Position numbers and translations under genes: made by a program. The notes beneath the pieces are model-generated. The model searched no databases and was not told the DNA's origin. It saw only the letters and a program-made list of their open reading frames with translations. A DNA stretch of 64,000 bases from Mustelus asterias (Eukaryota): positions 13,206,001 through 13,270,000 of the forward strand of contig NC_135830.1 in assembly GCF_964213995.1 (NCBI RefSeq), written 5' to 3'. Of the stretch, positions 11,381 through 23,240 are shown piece after piece; the first letter of the stretch is position 1; the number at the start of each line of letters is the position of its first letter.

Positions 11381-11698
11381 AGAATCATAGAATCCCTGCA
11401 GTACAGAACGAGGCCAATTCGGCCCATCAAGTCTGTACGGACAACAATCCCATCCAGGCCCCACTCCTGTAACTCCATGCATTCACCCTGCTACTCCCCC
11501 TGACACGAGGGCCAATTTAACACGGCCAATCAACATTAGCCGCACATCTTTGAACAATGGGAGGAAAGCGGAACACCCGGAGGAAACCCATGCAGATACG
11601 GGGAGAATGTGCAAACTCCACACACACAGTGACCCGATGCCAGATTTGACCTCGGACTCTGGCGTTTTGACGCAGCAGTGCTAACCAATGTGCCACCC
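11381..11698 (-). mobile_element. HE1-type SINE, near full length
   Basis: tRNA-like head (gcagcagtgctaacca), V-domain-like core, catagaatc tail. Confidence 0.9.
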
Positions 11699-11784
11699 AA
11701 AACATATCTGCCCAGAAATAGCCAGGATAAGTTGGCAAGAAATGCATTTGCCAATGTTGGACACCTAAGTGTTAAAATAAGCCG

Positions 11785-11858
11785 CATCCCAGAAGGGACG
11801 CGAACACACGCTCACTTGGTTTAGGAAGCCAGTGCCTTACGCATTAGGTCACTAGAGC
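11785..11858 (-). pseudogene. tRNA-Arg(CCT) pseudogene
   Basis: Reverse complement GCTCTAGTGACCTAATG..TAAGGCACTGGCTTCCTAAACCA...GTTCGCGTCCC. Confidence 0.75.
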
Positions 11859-12244
11859 TATAGGTGAACTACTGCTGCAGCTTGAAGAAGCTGTATATCT
11901 CCATCCACATAGACAGTGACTAACCCCAGAATCGAAACCAGGTCCCTGGTATTGTGAGCCAGCAGAACTAACCACTGTGCCGCTCTCTCCCACGAAGATT
12001 TTATCAGATTTCATGAGCTGCAGATTTTGTTTCTTTCTTTGCATTGCTGACTTTGGGATTGGTTCACATGGGGTTTCGTTTGAGAATCTGAGCACAAACT
12101 GTGAGAAATATATCAACACAACACAATCGCTCGAAAATAAAGATATGATCAACAGGGTTGGCTATGTAACTTGACGTTCATTTTATCTCCATTCACCTCG
12201 TCAGCTGGCCCCATGATTATGGGTTCAGTGAGCTGCCTTGATGT

Positions 12245-12460
12245 TTCTTTTTGTTCGTGTGGGTGTCGCTGGCAAGATCAGCATGCGCTGCCCATCAGTA
12301 TTTACCCTTGAGAAAGTAGTGGTGAGCTGCATTCTTGAAACGTTGCATCCATTTGTACAGGTACACTTACAGTGCTGTTAGGGAGGGAATTCCACGAATT
12401 TGTCCCAATGACAGTGAAGGAACGGCGATATATTTCCAAATCAGAATACTGAGGGACTTG
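12245..12460 (-). mobile_element. 3' UTR of the LINE family seen at 9.2-9.8 kb
   Basis: gaaggaacggcgatatatttccaa is the reverse complement of the 9815-9840 segment. Confidence 0.7.
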
Positions 12461-12649
12461 AGGGTGGTGTTGGCTGTGTGGCTTTGGAGGGGGGGGAGGG
12501 CGTGGGGGGGGGGGTGGGGGGGCGGTCGGAGGGGGGGTGGGGGGTGGGGCGGGGTGGTGGTGGCGGGAGCTGCCGGGTGGAAGCGGTCATGGGTTTGGAA
12601 GATGCTGTCTAAAGTGCCTTTGGTGGATTTCTGCATCATGCAGACAAGT

Positions 12650-14383
12650 GGAGAGAGACTAAATGATTTTCTTTTGCATCCGTATTTACGGAAGAAACGG
12701 GCATGGAGTCTACGGAAATAGGGCAAACAGGTAGGGAGGTCATGGAACCTTTCCAGATTAAAGGGGAAGAGGTGCTCGCTGTCTTGAGGCAAATCAGAGT
12801 GGATAAATCCCCAGGACCAGACAGGGCATTCCCACGGACCTTGAGGGAAGCTAATGTTGAACTTGCAGGGGTCCTGGCAGACATATTTAAAATGTCAGTA
12901 TTCACGGGGGAGGTGCCGGATGATTGGAGGGTGGCTCATGTTGTTCCGTTGTTTAGAAAAGGTTCCAAAAGGAATCCTGGAAATTATAGGCCAGGAAGTT
13001 TGACATCGGTGGTGGGCAGGTTATTGGAAGGTGTGATAAGGGATAGGATCTACAAATATTTGGATAGACAGGGACTTATTAGGGAGAGTCAACATGGCTT
13101 TGTGCGTGGTAGGTCATGTTTGACCAATCTATTAGAGTTTTTCGAGGAGGTTACCAGGAAAGTGGATGAAGGGAAGGCGGTGGATGTTGTCTACCTGGAT
13201 TTCAGCAAGGCCTTTGACAAGGTCCCGCATCGGAGGTTCGTTAGGAATGTTCAGTCGCTAGGTATACATGGGGAGGTAGTAAATTGGATTAGACACTGGC
13301 TCAATTGAAGAAGCCAGAGAGTGGTTGTGGAGGACTGCTTCTCTGAGTGGAGGCCTGTGACTAGTGGTGTGCCGCGGGGATCGGTGTTGGGTCCATTGTT
13401 GTTTGTCATCTATATGAATGATCTGGATGATAATGTGGTAAATTGGATCAGCAAATTTGCTGATGATACAAAGATTGGAGGTGTAGTGGACAGTGAGGAA
13501 GGTTTTCAAAGCCTGCAGAGGGATTTGGACCAACTAGAAAAATGGGCTGAAAAATGGCAAATGGAATTTAACGCAGACAAGTGTGAGATATTGCACATTG
13601 GAAGACAAGCCAAAGTAGAACGTACAGGGTAAATGGTGGGACTCTGAAGAGTGCAGTTGAACAGAGGGATCTGGGAATACAGGTACAGAATTCCCTAAAA
13701 GTGACGTCACAGGTGGGTAGGGTCGTAAAGAGTGCCTTTGGTACATTGGCCTTTTTAAATCGGAGTATCGAGTATAAAAGTTGGAGTGTTATGGTAAGGT
13801 TATATAAGGCATTGGTGAGGCCGAATTTGGAGTATTGTGTACAGTTTTGGTCACCTAGTTACAGGAAGGATGTAAATAAGGTTGAAAGAGTGCAGAGAAG
13901 GTTCACAAGGATGTTGCCGGGACTTGAGAAGCTGAGTTATAGAGAGAGATTGAATAGGTTGGGACTTTATTCCCTGGAGCGTAGAAGATTGAGGGGAGAT
14001 TTGATAGAGGTGTATAAGATTTTGGTGGGTATAGATAGAGTGAATGCAAGCAGGCTTTTTCCGCTGAGGCTGGGGAGAAAACAACCAGAGGGCATGGGTA
14101 AGGGTGAAAGGAGAAAAGTTTAAAGGGAATATTAGGGTGGGCTTCTTCGCGCAGAGAGTGGTGGGAGTGTGGAATGAGCTGCCGGATAAAGTGGTAAATG
14201 CGGGGTCACTTTTAACATTTAAGAAAAACTTGGACGGGTTCATGGATGAGAGGGTGTGGAGGGATATGGTCCAAGTGCAGGTCAGTGGGACTAGGCAAAA
14301 AATGGTTCGGCACAGACAAGAAGGGCCAAAAGGCCTGTTTCTGAACTGTAAGTTTCTGTGGTTTTCTATGGTTTTCTATGGTT
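12650..14383 (+). mobile_element. 5'-truncated CR1 LINE, disrupted RT
   Basis: ORFs with DKSPGPD, NYRP, QHGF, YLDFSKAFD, GVPRGSVLGP, FADD; (TTCTATGGT)n tail. Confidence 0.96.
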
Positions 14384-14441
14384 CAGACTCACTCTGGTCA
14401 CAATGTTTGCCTAACGCTCTGCTATTTTGTGAGGCTCTGAC

Positions 14442-14480
14442 AGTTTTTGTACAGGTTCAGCCCAGTTCTGTTTCTCTGTG
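14442..14480 (-). other. Recombination signal sequence, 23-bp spacer
   Basis: CACAGAG (14480-14474), 23 nt, ACAAAAACT (14450-14442). Confidence 0.93.
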
Positions 14481-14784
14481 GGTCTCAATGCGCAATAACA
14501 CACGCCAGAGTCTGCCAGCTCCGTTTTAGACACTTTCAGCGGGACGGTGCGGGTTGTGCAATTGAGCTCCGCTAAAAAACGGTCCTCTGGGAATCTCTCT
14601 GTGTTCTCGCTAACTCTATGTCTCGTCAGCAGGAACTCCATGGTCCCGCTGGGATACTGACGGTACCAGAATAAGTAAGGGGTGTTGCTTGTAGCTGTAT
14701 AATCACAGAGCAACTGAACATCATCTCCTTCAGTGACGGTGACTGCAGCCGCTGTTTGTGAAACAGAATCTCCTCCACGGTGTC
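14481..14784 (-). CDS. TCR alpha/delta-type V exon, reading frame intact
   Basis: After acceptor TTCCAG: HRGGDSVSQTAAAVTVTEGDDVQLLCDYTATSNTPYLFWYRQYPSGTMEFLL...RF...LKVSKTELADSGVCYCALR; both Ig cysteines and the conserved Trp are present. Confidence 0.9.
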
Positions 14785-14891
14785 CTGGAAGAACGCAAAG
14801 AAATATTGAACTAAATGCGGCTTCGCATTAAACATCACATACCCCCCTTCCCCCCAACACCTCCCTCTCCCCCCCCCCCCCGGCCACTCCC

Positions 14892-14954
14892 CAGAATCTG
14901 CTGTCATCTTGAACAATAATCTCAGAGATAAATCACACAGCAGAACAGAAGCAT
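14892..14954 (-). pseudogene. Probable damaged leader exon of the minus-strand V
   Basis: ATG-MLLFCCVIYL-TGA; the candidate donor reads GGGAGT instead of GTGAGT. Confidence 0.5.
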
Positions 14955-15283
14955 ATATTTTTCACAGTTCAGTGGCTGGAAAGGGAAGGTGCTTGTGGCG
15001 ATTAAATAACATTTACACTATAAACACCGTACGTTCTAACGAGATCAGTTCAATGTCTTCAGTTCATGTAACTGGAAACTGCTCACGGACTGTCTGTTTG
15101 AAGTTTGATGTTTGCCAAAGTTATTCGCTGATATCAGAGGAGCTTGAATCCCAGCCCAAACTATTCTCCCTCGTTCCCTCGGGGAAATGTGACTAATCCC
15201 AACAGTGTTCAGCGTTGAGGCCAGCGAAAACGGGATAACGTTTCCATGTTGAGATCAATAAATTCCCTGATCATCTACCCCTA

Positions 15284-15371
15284 CCCATAGAACCATACAA
15301 CCATAGAAAATTACAGCTCAGAAACAGGCCTTTTGGCCCTTCTTGTCTGTGCCGAACCATTTTATGCCTAT
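15284..15371 (-). mobile_element. CR1 3' tail only, same subfamily as 12650-14383
   Basis: Reverse complement of 14292-14383 (ggttcggcacagacaagaagggccaaaaggcctgtttctg). Confidence 0.9.
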
Positions 15372-16375
15372 ATTGAGCGAACCGCTCAACCTATGTTGAG
15401 GCTCTATGTCTTCTTGGAGGAGATCTCCAAAACATCCAATTATCCCCGTAGCTCCGTGAAATCTCTATTTAACTAACGTTGCTCTCAAGAGTACAGTCCG
15501 GTCTCTACAACCTCACCACAAAACTGAATTTCCTCATCTCTGGACATGATGCAAGGCGGATGATTGAGCAGAGATTTTGGAAAATATTGTCAGTTGGCAG
15601 TTGGGGAAAATGGAGAAGGAAGCAAACAAGAAAACACTGTCTCCAGCTTTGCGAATATTTAGAAACTCTTTGGGAACCGGAACCAGAGGAGATTGAAGGG
15701 TGAACTGTCTGACAGTTGTGGGAGAGTTGGTTCCCGGTGACATGGATGTGTCTGCAATGGATGGGCTCTGACTGTTAGACTTAACTAACCCATTAGAAAT
15801 CCATTCAATTATTCCATTCTCTCAAACTCATTAATTATTCTCTCTTTCTCCGTTACACGGTGAGTGAGACAGGGAAAAGCAGCAATCTTCCAGCCCCCAC
15901 TCTCCAAACATCCCCTGCCAGCAAAAAGGACTGACGACTTAGCTGTGTCTGTTTTCTATGAAATGGTGAAGAGTAAATATTAAATATTTCGATTGATACC
16001 CAATTGAGTTCACATTTCACAATAAACTTCAATTCGGAAACTTCAGAGCAGTGAGTTTTGACAACATTTCTGCCCCGTTTAGCGCCTGGGACCTGCGCAA
16101 ATATGAATAGAATGTGATTATCCCTTCAATACACAAAGTCCGCTCAGGATAAAAGCGACTTGATGGTCAAACTGTACAGTCTGAGTTAACTTTATAACCT
16201 GATTTGTGGAAGTACAATTCGGCTAAAAACCATTTTTCATGCGGCAGAGAAATTCATCTAACATTAGAATCAGTAAATGACATTTGTGCCATTTCTTTTC
16301 TCTTTTACCATGTCTGGGTGGCCGGGGGTGGGGGGGGGAGGTGGCGGTAGGGGGGGTGTGGGGGAGGTAGGGTGG

Positions 16376-16645
16376 TTGCACTGTGGCACAGTAGTTAACA
16401 CTGCCATCTCACAGTGCTAAAGATCGATTCCCGGTTTGGGTCTCTGTCTATTTGACGTTTGCACTTTCTCCCCGTGTTTGCATGAGTTTCCTTTGGATCC
16501 TCCGGTTTCTTCTCACAGCCGGAAAGACGCGCTGGTTCGGTGCATTGACCCGAACAGCCGTCGGAGTTTGGCGACCAGAGAATTTGACAGTGTCTTCGTT
16601 ACAGTGTTAATGTAAGCCTTACATGTGACTAATAAATAAACTTTA
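16376..16645 (+). mobile_element. tRNA-SINE with 'B' tail
   Basis: gtggcacagtagttaacactg head; gtgttaatgtaagccttacatgtgactaataaataaac tail. Confidence 0.85.
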
Positions 16646-17204
16646 TTTTAACTGAGCATTTTGCAGAATAACGTTTCACACTTGGGAAGTGCAACTGCAG
16701 TTAGGCTGAGAGATAATGTTTTCTTTCAATATTTAACAACAAAAGAAAATGAGGTAACTTTTCCTCACACTGAGAGATGAGTTAGTTCGTTTCCTATTTC
16801 ACACAGGAAACCTTTCATATGTTAAGTGAATGTATAAAACACCACACTTCAGAAACTCTGAAGTACAATCAAATTGCACGGTTCGACACCCCAGTCTGTT
16901 GCAGAGTTGGAGAGCATCGTTTCTGTCTGTAATAATTATCACATTCATCTAAACACACGAAAGATTCCCGATTCGAAAACGGGAGGAAACATTTTTAGAT
17001 ACGTTTCACCTCGGAGTGAGGAAAATAGAAATAATTCACGTTTATTGCTGAATATTAGCTGAATACAGTAACTTACACGATGTTACATTTCGCCTTCCCC
17101 TCCACATTTCTGTACACACTCAAACCCGACAGAATATCTTTAACTGGCTCCCGTTTCCAGCTCTGTCAGTTCAGAAAGCTTCTCTCAAACTTGCACATTC
17201 GGGC

Positions 17205-17435
17205 TTTTCTTTCGGTCATTTGTGAAACACTGGCGTCGCTGGCCAGCATTTAATGCCCATCCCGAGTTGAGTTGCAAGCATATTGCTGTGGCTCTGGAGT
17301 CACAAGTAGGCCAGATAATAACAGCAGATTTCCTTCCTAAAATACATGAGTGAAGCATATGGCTTCCTCCAACAGTCGGAAATTGTTTCATGGTCATCAA
17401 TGCGAGGTTTTATTTATTGAATTCAAATTCCACTA
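17205..17435 (-). mobile_element. Second SINE family fragment sharing its tail with the 12.3-kb LINE
   Basis: gtcgctggc...tgcccatc tail shared with 12265-12297. Confidence 0.6.
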
Positions 17436-17499
17436 CCGACCGTAACCGTCCCCAAAATGGTAGCTGGTCAAGCGATAGTAGCACCAACACCATCTCACG

Positions 17500-17594
17500 T
17501 GCTCTAGGTGAGGCTCGAACTCACAACCTCGGCATGGCCCACGGGCTGTACTGCTGTATAAGTACCGCGCGCTAACCGATTGCGCCACTGGAGC
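17500..17594 (-). tRNA. tRNA-Ile(TAT) with 21-nt intron (17536-17556)
   Basis: GCTCCAGTGGCGCAATCGGTTAGCGCGCGGTACTTATA-intron-ATGCCGAGGTTGTGAGTTCGAGCCTCACCTAGAGCA; one C5:A68 acceptor mismatch. Confidence 0.9.
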
Positions 17595-18537
17595 ACGGCT
17601 TTGGGCTGATTTTTGTCAGATTATTAAAGACTTTTACAGCGTCACCTCCGTTAACAACAGTCATTCGAGGCAACATCGACGGGGAACAAACGCATCAATG
17701 ATTCTCTCTTCACCAGCTCCACAGTAAGTGAGACAGGGACAAGCAGCAGCATTTTACCCCGCATTCTCCAATCATCCATCCGCTGCCAGCAGAAAAGCGG
17801 CGACTGCCGCTTCAATTAGTGGGTTACCGCCCATCCCTGGGACACAAGATTCAACCCCGTTCAAAACTCGCAATACACCTAACACAAGTTCAGCAAAACG
17901 TTTACGGATTATATCCCGCGCACTGAACCTTCGAGTATCATTTAAACAGTATCTGAGTGAGTCACAAACAATATTCAAACCAACTTTCCAAAACGTTTCA
18001 GTAGTAGATTCCTCCATTTGATTGAAAAGCTGAGCGCTGTGAATCTGGAAATGAACACCATGGGGTTTATGTTACCCAGTGACTATGAGTCCGTCAGGTT
18101 TCCAATTCCATTTGAGTTGTATATTGAAGCGAATCTCATTTCAAAATGAGGAGAAAACAAGGAAAATATTAACTCTTGGAACAAATCCTGAGGAAAATGG
18201 GTCACAATATTTGGATACAGGTACAGCTGTGAATGGTGTTATTGATGATTGAGTGGAAACTATTGGATCCTTGGGCTTCTGGTGGTCAGTTCCCTTCCCT
18301 CCCTTTGAATTGCTCCCTGTGATAAGAGACATGGATTCATTTTACCTACACGTTCATAGGAAAATGAGAATAACCAACACACTACAGAAATGCTGCGGGA
18401 TCAACGTAACCAAAGATACTTGGATAGAATTCGAAACGGTGCGGTCATGCTGCAGTTCTGGAACAGGTTTTGCAGAAAGAGAATTGTGGTTATTGACACC
18501 CTAGCTTAGAATATCGTCAGCAGCAGCTGCTGCCTTA

Positions 18538-18611
18538 GTCTCTGTGGCGCAATCGGTCAGCGCGTTCGGCTATTAACTGGAAGGTTGGTGATTCGAGACC
18601 ACCCAGGGACG
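18538..18611 (+). pseudogene. tRNA-Asn-derived gene with ATT anticodon (probable pseudogene)
   Basis: GTCTCTGTGGCGCAATCGG...CTATTAA...ACCCAGGGACG; substitutions in the anticodon stem and T-stem. Confidence 0.85.
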
Positions 18612-19406
18612 GTGATTTTACTGTTTTCTCACCATCTGCATTCATAGGCAAACAGTTGCGTGTTGGCAATGGGTCCGTGGTCGTCAATAAAAAATAGCTC
18701 TCAAGTGTTGCCAGTTGTACTGTTATCTGTTGTCACCAACATTATTTAATGACTATTGACTTCTGACATATTACATATAATATTATATACATGCTTCCAT
18801 TGTACCATTAAGCTTAACAATTAGAATGGAAACATGAATTTGTGGCTGAGCATTTGTTCCAATTCCATATCCCTGCTACCATTCATTCCTGAATAGATCA
18901 TAAACCTATCCAACCCGAACTGAAATGTGTTCAATGATGGAGCATCTACAACCCTCTGGCATAGAGAATTCCCCAAATTCACTATCCTTTAAGTGAAGAA
19001 ATGTCTGCTCATCGCAGTCCTAAATCATCAGCGCCTTATCCTGAGATTGTACCCCCGTGCTTTAGATTCCCGGACCAGGGAAAATAATGTCTCAGCATCC
19101 ACCCTATCAAACTCATAGAATGATAGAATCCCTGCAGTTTTTCAATGCAATCTATTCCTTCTCGTTAAAGCTGTTGAGATTTTCCAGATTTTTCTGTTCT
19201 TGATTTAGATTCCAGCATCCTCAGATTTTGCTTTTATTTTGTCTAAAATGGGGAGATCCAAACTGAACACACTATTACAGATGTGGTCTCAACACAACCC
19301 TGAATAACTGTCGCAAGACTTCAAACACTTCAAATCTTAACTCCGTGCTCAAGGCTCGAAGGAGAGTGTGACAGTCGATAATTGGCACTGTGTACGTTCC
19401 TGCAAT

Positions 19407-21548
19407 CATAGAACATAGAACATAGAACATTACAGCGCAGAACAGGCCCTTCGGCCCACGATGTTGCACCGACCAGTTAAAAAAAAAACTGTGACCCTCC
19501 AACCTAAACCAATTTCTTTTCGTCCATGAACCTATCTACGGATCTCTTAAACGCCCCCAAACTAGGCGCATTTACAACTGATGCTGGCAGGGCATTCCAA
19601 TCCCTCACCACCCTCTGGGTAAAGAACCTACCCCTGACATCGGTTCTATAACTACCCCCCCTCAATTTAAAGCCATGCCCCCTCGTGCTGGATTTCTCCA
19701 TCAGAGGAAAAAGGCTATCACTATCCACCCTATCTAAACCTCTAATCATCTTATATGTTTCAATAAGATCCCCTCTTAGCCGCCGCCTTTCCAGCGAAAA
19801 CAATCCCAAATCCCTCAGCCTCTCCTCATAGGATCTCCCCTCCATACCAGGCAACATCCTGGTAAACCTCCTCTGCACCCTCTCCAAAGCCTCCACATCC
19901 TTCCTGTAATGTGGGGACCAGAACTGCACACAGTACTCCAAGTGCGGCCGCACCAGAGTTGTGTACAGTTGCAACATAACGCTACGACTCCTAAATTCAA
20001 TCCCCCTACCAATAAACGCCAAGACACCATATGCCTTCTTAACAACCTTATCTACTTGATTCCCAACTTTCAGGGATCTATGCACACATACACCTAGATC
20101 CCTCTGCTCCTCCACACTATTCAAAGTCCTCCCGTTAGCCCTATACTCAACACATCTGTTATTCCTACCAAAGTGAATTACCTCACACTTCTCCGCATTA
20201 AACTCCATCCGCCACCTCTCGGCCCAACTTTGCAACCTGTCTAAGTCTTCCTGCAAACTACGACACCCTTCCTCACTGTCTACCACACCACCGACTTTGG
20301 TGTCATCAGCAAATTTGCTAATCCACCCAACTATACCCTCATCCAGATCATTAATAAATATTACAAACAGCAGTGGCCCCAAAACAGATCCCTGAGGTAC
20401 ACCACTTGTAACCGCACTCCATGATGAATATTTACTATCAACCACCACCCTCTGTTTCCTATCCGCTAGCCAATTCCTGATCCAATTTCCTAGATCACCC
20501 CCAATCCCATACATCTGCATTTTCTGCAGAAGCCTACCATGGTGAACCTTATCAAACGCCTTACTAAAATCCATATATACCACGTCCACTGCCTTGCCCC
20601 CATCCACCTCCTTGGTCACTTTCTCAAAAAACTCAATAAGGTTAGTAAGGCACGACCTACCTGCCACAAAACCATGCTGACTATCACCTATCAATTCATT
20701 ACTCTCCAAATAACTATAAATCCTATCCCTTATAATTTTTTCCAACATCTTGCCTACAACAGAAGTGAGACTCACCGGTCTATAATTCCCGGGGAAGTCT
20801 CTGTTCCCCTTCTTAAACAATGGGACAACATTCGCTAACCTCCAATCTTCTGGTACTATACCAGAGGCCAACGACGACCTGAATATCAGAGCCAGAGGCT
20901 CTGCAATCACTTCTCTTGCCTCCCAGAGAATCCTTGGATAAATCCCATCCGGACCAGGGGATTTATCTATTTTCAGACCCTCCAGAATATCCTGCACATC
21001 CTCCTTATCAACTGTAATACTGTCTATTCTACTCCCCTGCAACCCAGTGTCCTCCTCAGCTATATTCATGTCCCCTTGCGTGAACACCGAAGAGAAATAT
21101 TGGTTCAATGCTTCACCAATCTCCTCCGGTTCCACACATAACTTCCCTCTGCCATCTATAACTGGCCCTAAACTTGCCCTAACCAACCTTCTGTTCTTGA
21201 CATACCTATAGAACGCCTTAGGATTCTCTTTAACCCTATCCGCCAAAGTCTTCTCATGTCCCCTTTTAGCCCTTCTAAGCTCGCTCTTCAACTCCCTCTT
21301 AGCCAATCTAAAGCTTTCTAGTGCACTACCCGAGTGCTCACGTCTCATCCGAACATAAGCCTCCTTTTTCTTTTTAACCAACAAAGAAACTTTTTTGGTG
21401 CACCACGGTTCCCTAGCCCTACCAATTCCTTCTTGCCTGACAGGGACATACCTATCACAGACTCGCAGTAGCTGCTCCTTGAAAAAACTCCACATGTCGG
21501 ACGTTCCCAGTCCCTGTAATCTCCTAGTCCAACCTATGTTTCCTAATT
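19407..21548 (-). mobile_element. Young 5'-truncated CR1 LINE with an uninterrupted 663-aa ORF2 fragment (RT domain, no endonuclease)
   Basis: ORF 19504-21495 has all RT motifs; (TTCTATG)n tail. Confidence 0.97.
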
Positions 21549-22120
21549 CTCAGGAACTGGATCAGGAAGATGAGATATCTGTGTCTCTTTATACTGTTAT
21601 CTCTAAACTCCATCTCCTCTCAATGCCGTGTGTCATACATTCGCTTTCCTTGCTTTCCAGGTGAAGATCGGGTTCACCAACTCTCTGTGTCTGTATCAAG
21701 CAGCTCATTGACCCTGGGAAATGAACAACCAGAGGGAACTTGATGAGAGGCAGCGACAGAAAAAGGAAGAGAAGCGACAGGATAATGTTTCATAAATGAG
21801 TTCTGCCAGTTGCTCTCCGTGGTGAATGTCTGCCGTGTGTTACCTTGTAAGTTTCACAGAAGCCACAGTGATGAGTTTGGTGAGATTTGGAAATTGAAAG
21901 TGCCACATGACCAGCTTGCGGTACTATTTCACCTCACGGTCGATTTCATGTTGCAGCTAACAGGATTCGCTGTTTTAATTGGCTGAACAGTCCCTTGGGT
22001 TCGATCTAAACATGACAATTTAAAGGAGAAACTTGTTTTTTGTGAATAAAGAGTCTGAAATAAAAATAAAAGGCAGAAGGCTCATGGATAAATCAATCTT
22101 TTAAAGAACTTAGGCCAGCT

Positions 22121-22192
22121 TCCCTGGTGGTCTAGTGGTTAGCATTCGGCGCTCTCACCGCCGCGGCCCGGGTTCGATTCCCGGTCAGGGAA
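22121..22192 (+). tRNA. tRNA-Glu(CTC)
   Basis: Matches canonical vertebrate Glu-CTC apart from one D-stem change (GGAT>GCAT). Confidence 0.9.
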
Positions 22193-22797
22193 TATAGATA
22201 TATTGCTGCGTCAACATCCTGCGTTACTTCCAGGTTTGTACCAGTTCTGTGGAAATCAGCAGCAGGTCGGTTTCCTCTTTTGTGTCTGAATTGGAAATGT
22301 CACATGTCAAGAACAAAAAAAAGAGAGTAATAGGATACAAAGCGCTCACGATATAGATGGTGATGTCGGCTAAGATCTGGCTGTTGATGGAGTAGATTTT
22401 ATTGTTTCTACTGACATAAATACCTCGCAGGTCTGGGTCCAAATCTCGGACTCAGTGACAAGAAGACCTTTAATTGTAACTCTCCGACCTCCAGTGAAGT
22501 GGAGGCAGTTTTCACTCAGAAAGCAGTAACTGTGAGATTAACAGCGCGGGATGGAGAAAGACTCAGTTTGAGCGGTGACGCTGCCGGAGGAATGGAGAGC
22601 TGGAGTTCACCCAGAAAAGCAGCAAAGTTGCTTCTTCTGTACAAACCTCCTTCTGTACAAACAGTGGCCCCCAACTTGGGGCTGGAAGCCACCGTCCATT
22701 AACGCTGATAAGTTAATGATGATCAGCAGAATATCCACAAAATGGTTTATCACAGGTTGGTACTAACACTGCAGTAAAATTAAATGCAGTAGAATAG

Positions 22798-22945
22798 GAC
22801 GGCATGGTTTCACAGTGGTTAGCAATGATGCCTCACAGCGCCAGTGGCTCAGGTTAAATTCTCGGGTCACTCTGTGTGGAGATTGCACGTTCTCCCCGTG
22901 TCTGCGTGGGATTCCTCCGTGTGCTCCGGTTTGCTTTCCAAACAT
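22798..22945 (+). mobile_element. tRNA-SINE 5' portion
   Basis: cacagtggttagcaatgatgcctcacagcgcc...gcacgttctccccgtgtctgcgtggg. Confidence 0.85.
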
Positions 22946-23149
22946 GTGTGAGAGACGGCCCGAGTGGGGTGGAGGGAGAGGGGGCAACAAAATGGAAAGT
23001 GAGATTTTAAATAAACAATGCAAAACATGGAAATTTAAAAAAATAAATATATATATATAAAGATATAAAGTAATAAAAATAAATAAGTAAGATCAAACGA
23101 AATAAAACAAAATAAATGGAAATGGGGAGAAGATGGAGGAAAGGAGATG

Positions 23150-23240
23150 CTCTGAAGTTGTTGAATTCAGTGTTGAGTCTGGAACGCAGTAAGTGCCGAA
23201 TCGGGAGGTCGGGCGATGTTCCTCCAGTTTGCATTGGAAT
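23150..23240 (-). mobile_element. Penelope-like element endonuclease C-terminal relic
   Basis: Minus-strand translation QCKLEEH...(frameshift)...LNTEFNNFR. Confidence 0.6.

Noticed and set aside
18270-18312. Minus-strand GGKGT resembling a J-segment FGxG motif
   Set aside because: No Phe/Trp, no 12-RSS and no splice donor.
19504-21495. Long RT ORFs (also 56866-58752) as host genes or active elements
   Set aside because: 5'-truncated CR1 copies lacking ORF1, endonuclease and promoter.
22499-22660. ORF AVFTQ...GERLSLS...W..PRKAAKLLLLY resembling an Ig V N-terminal half
   Set aside because: No first cysteine, wrong splice phase, no YYC motif or RSS; a profile search would be needed to rescue it.
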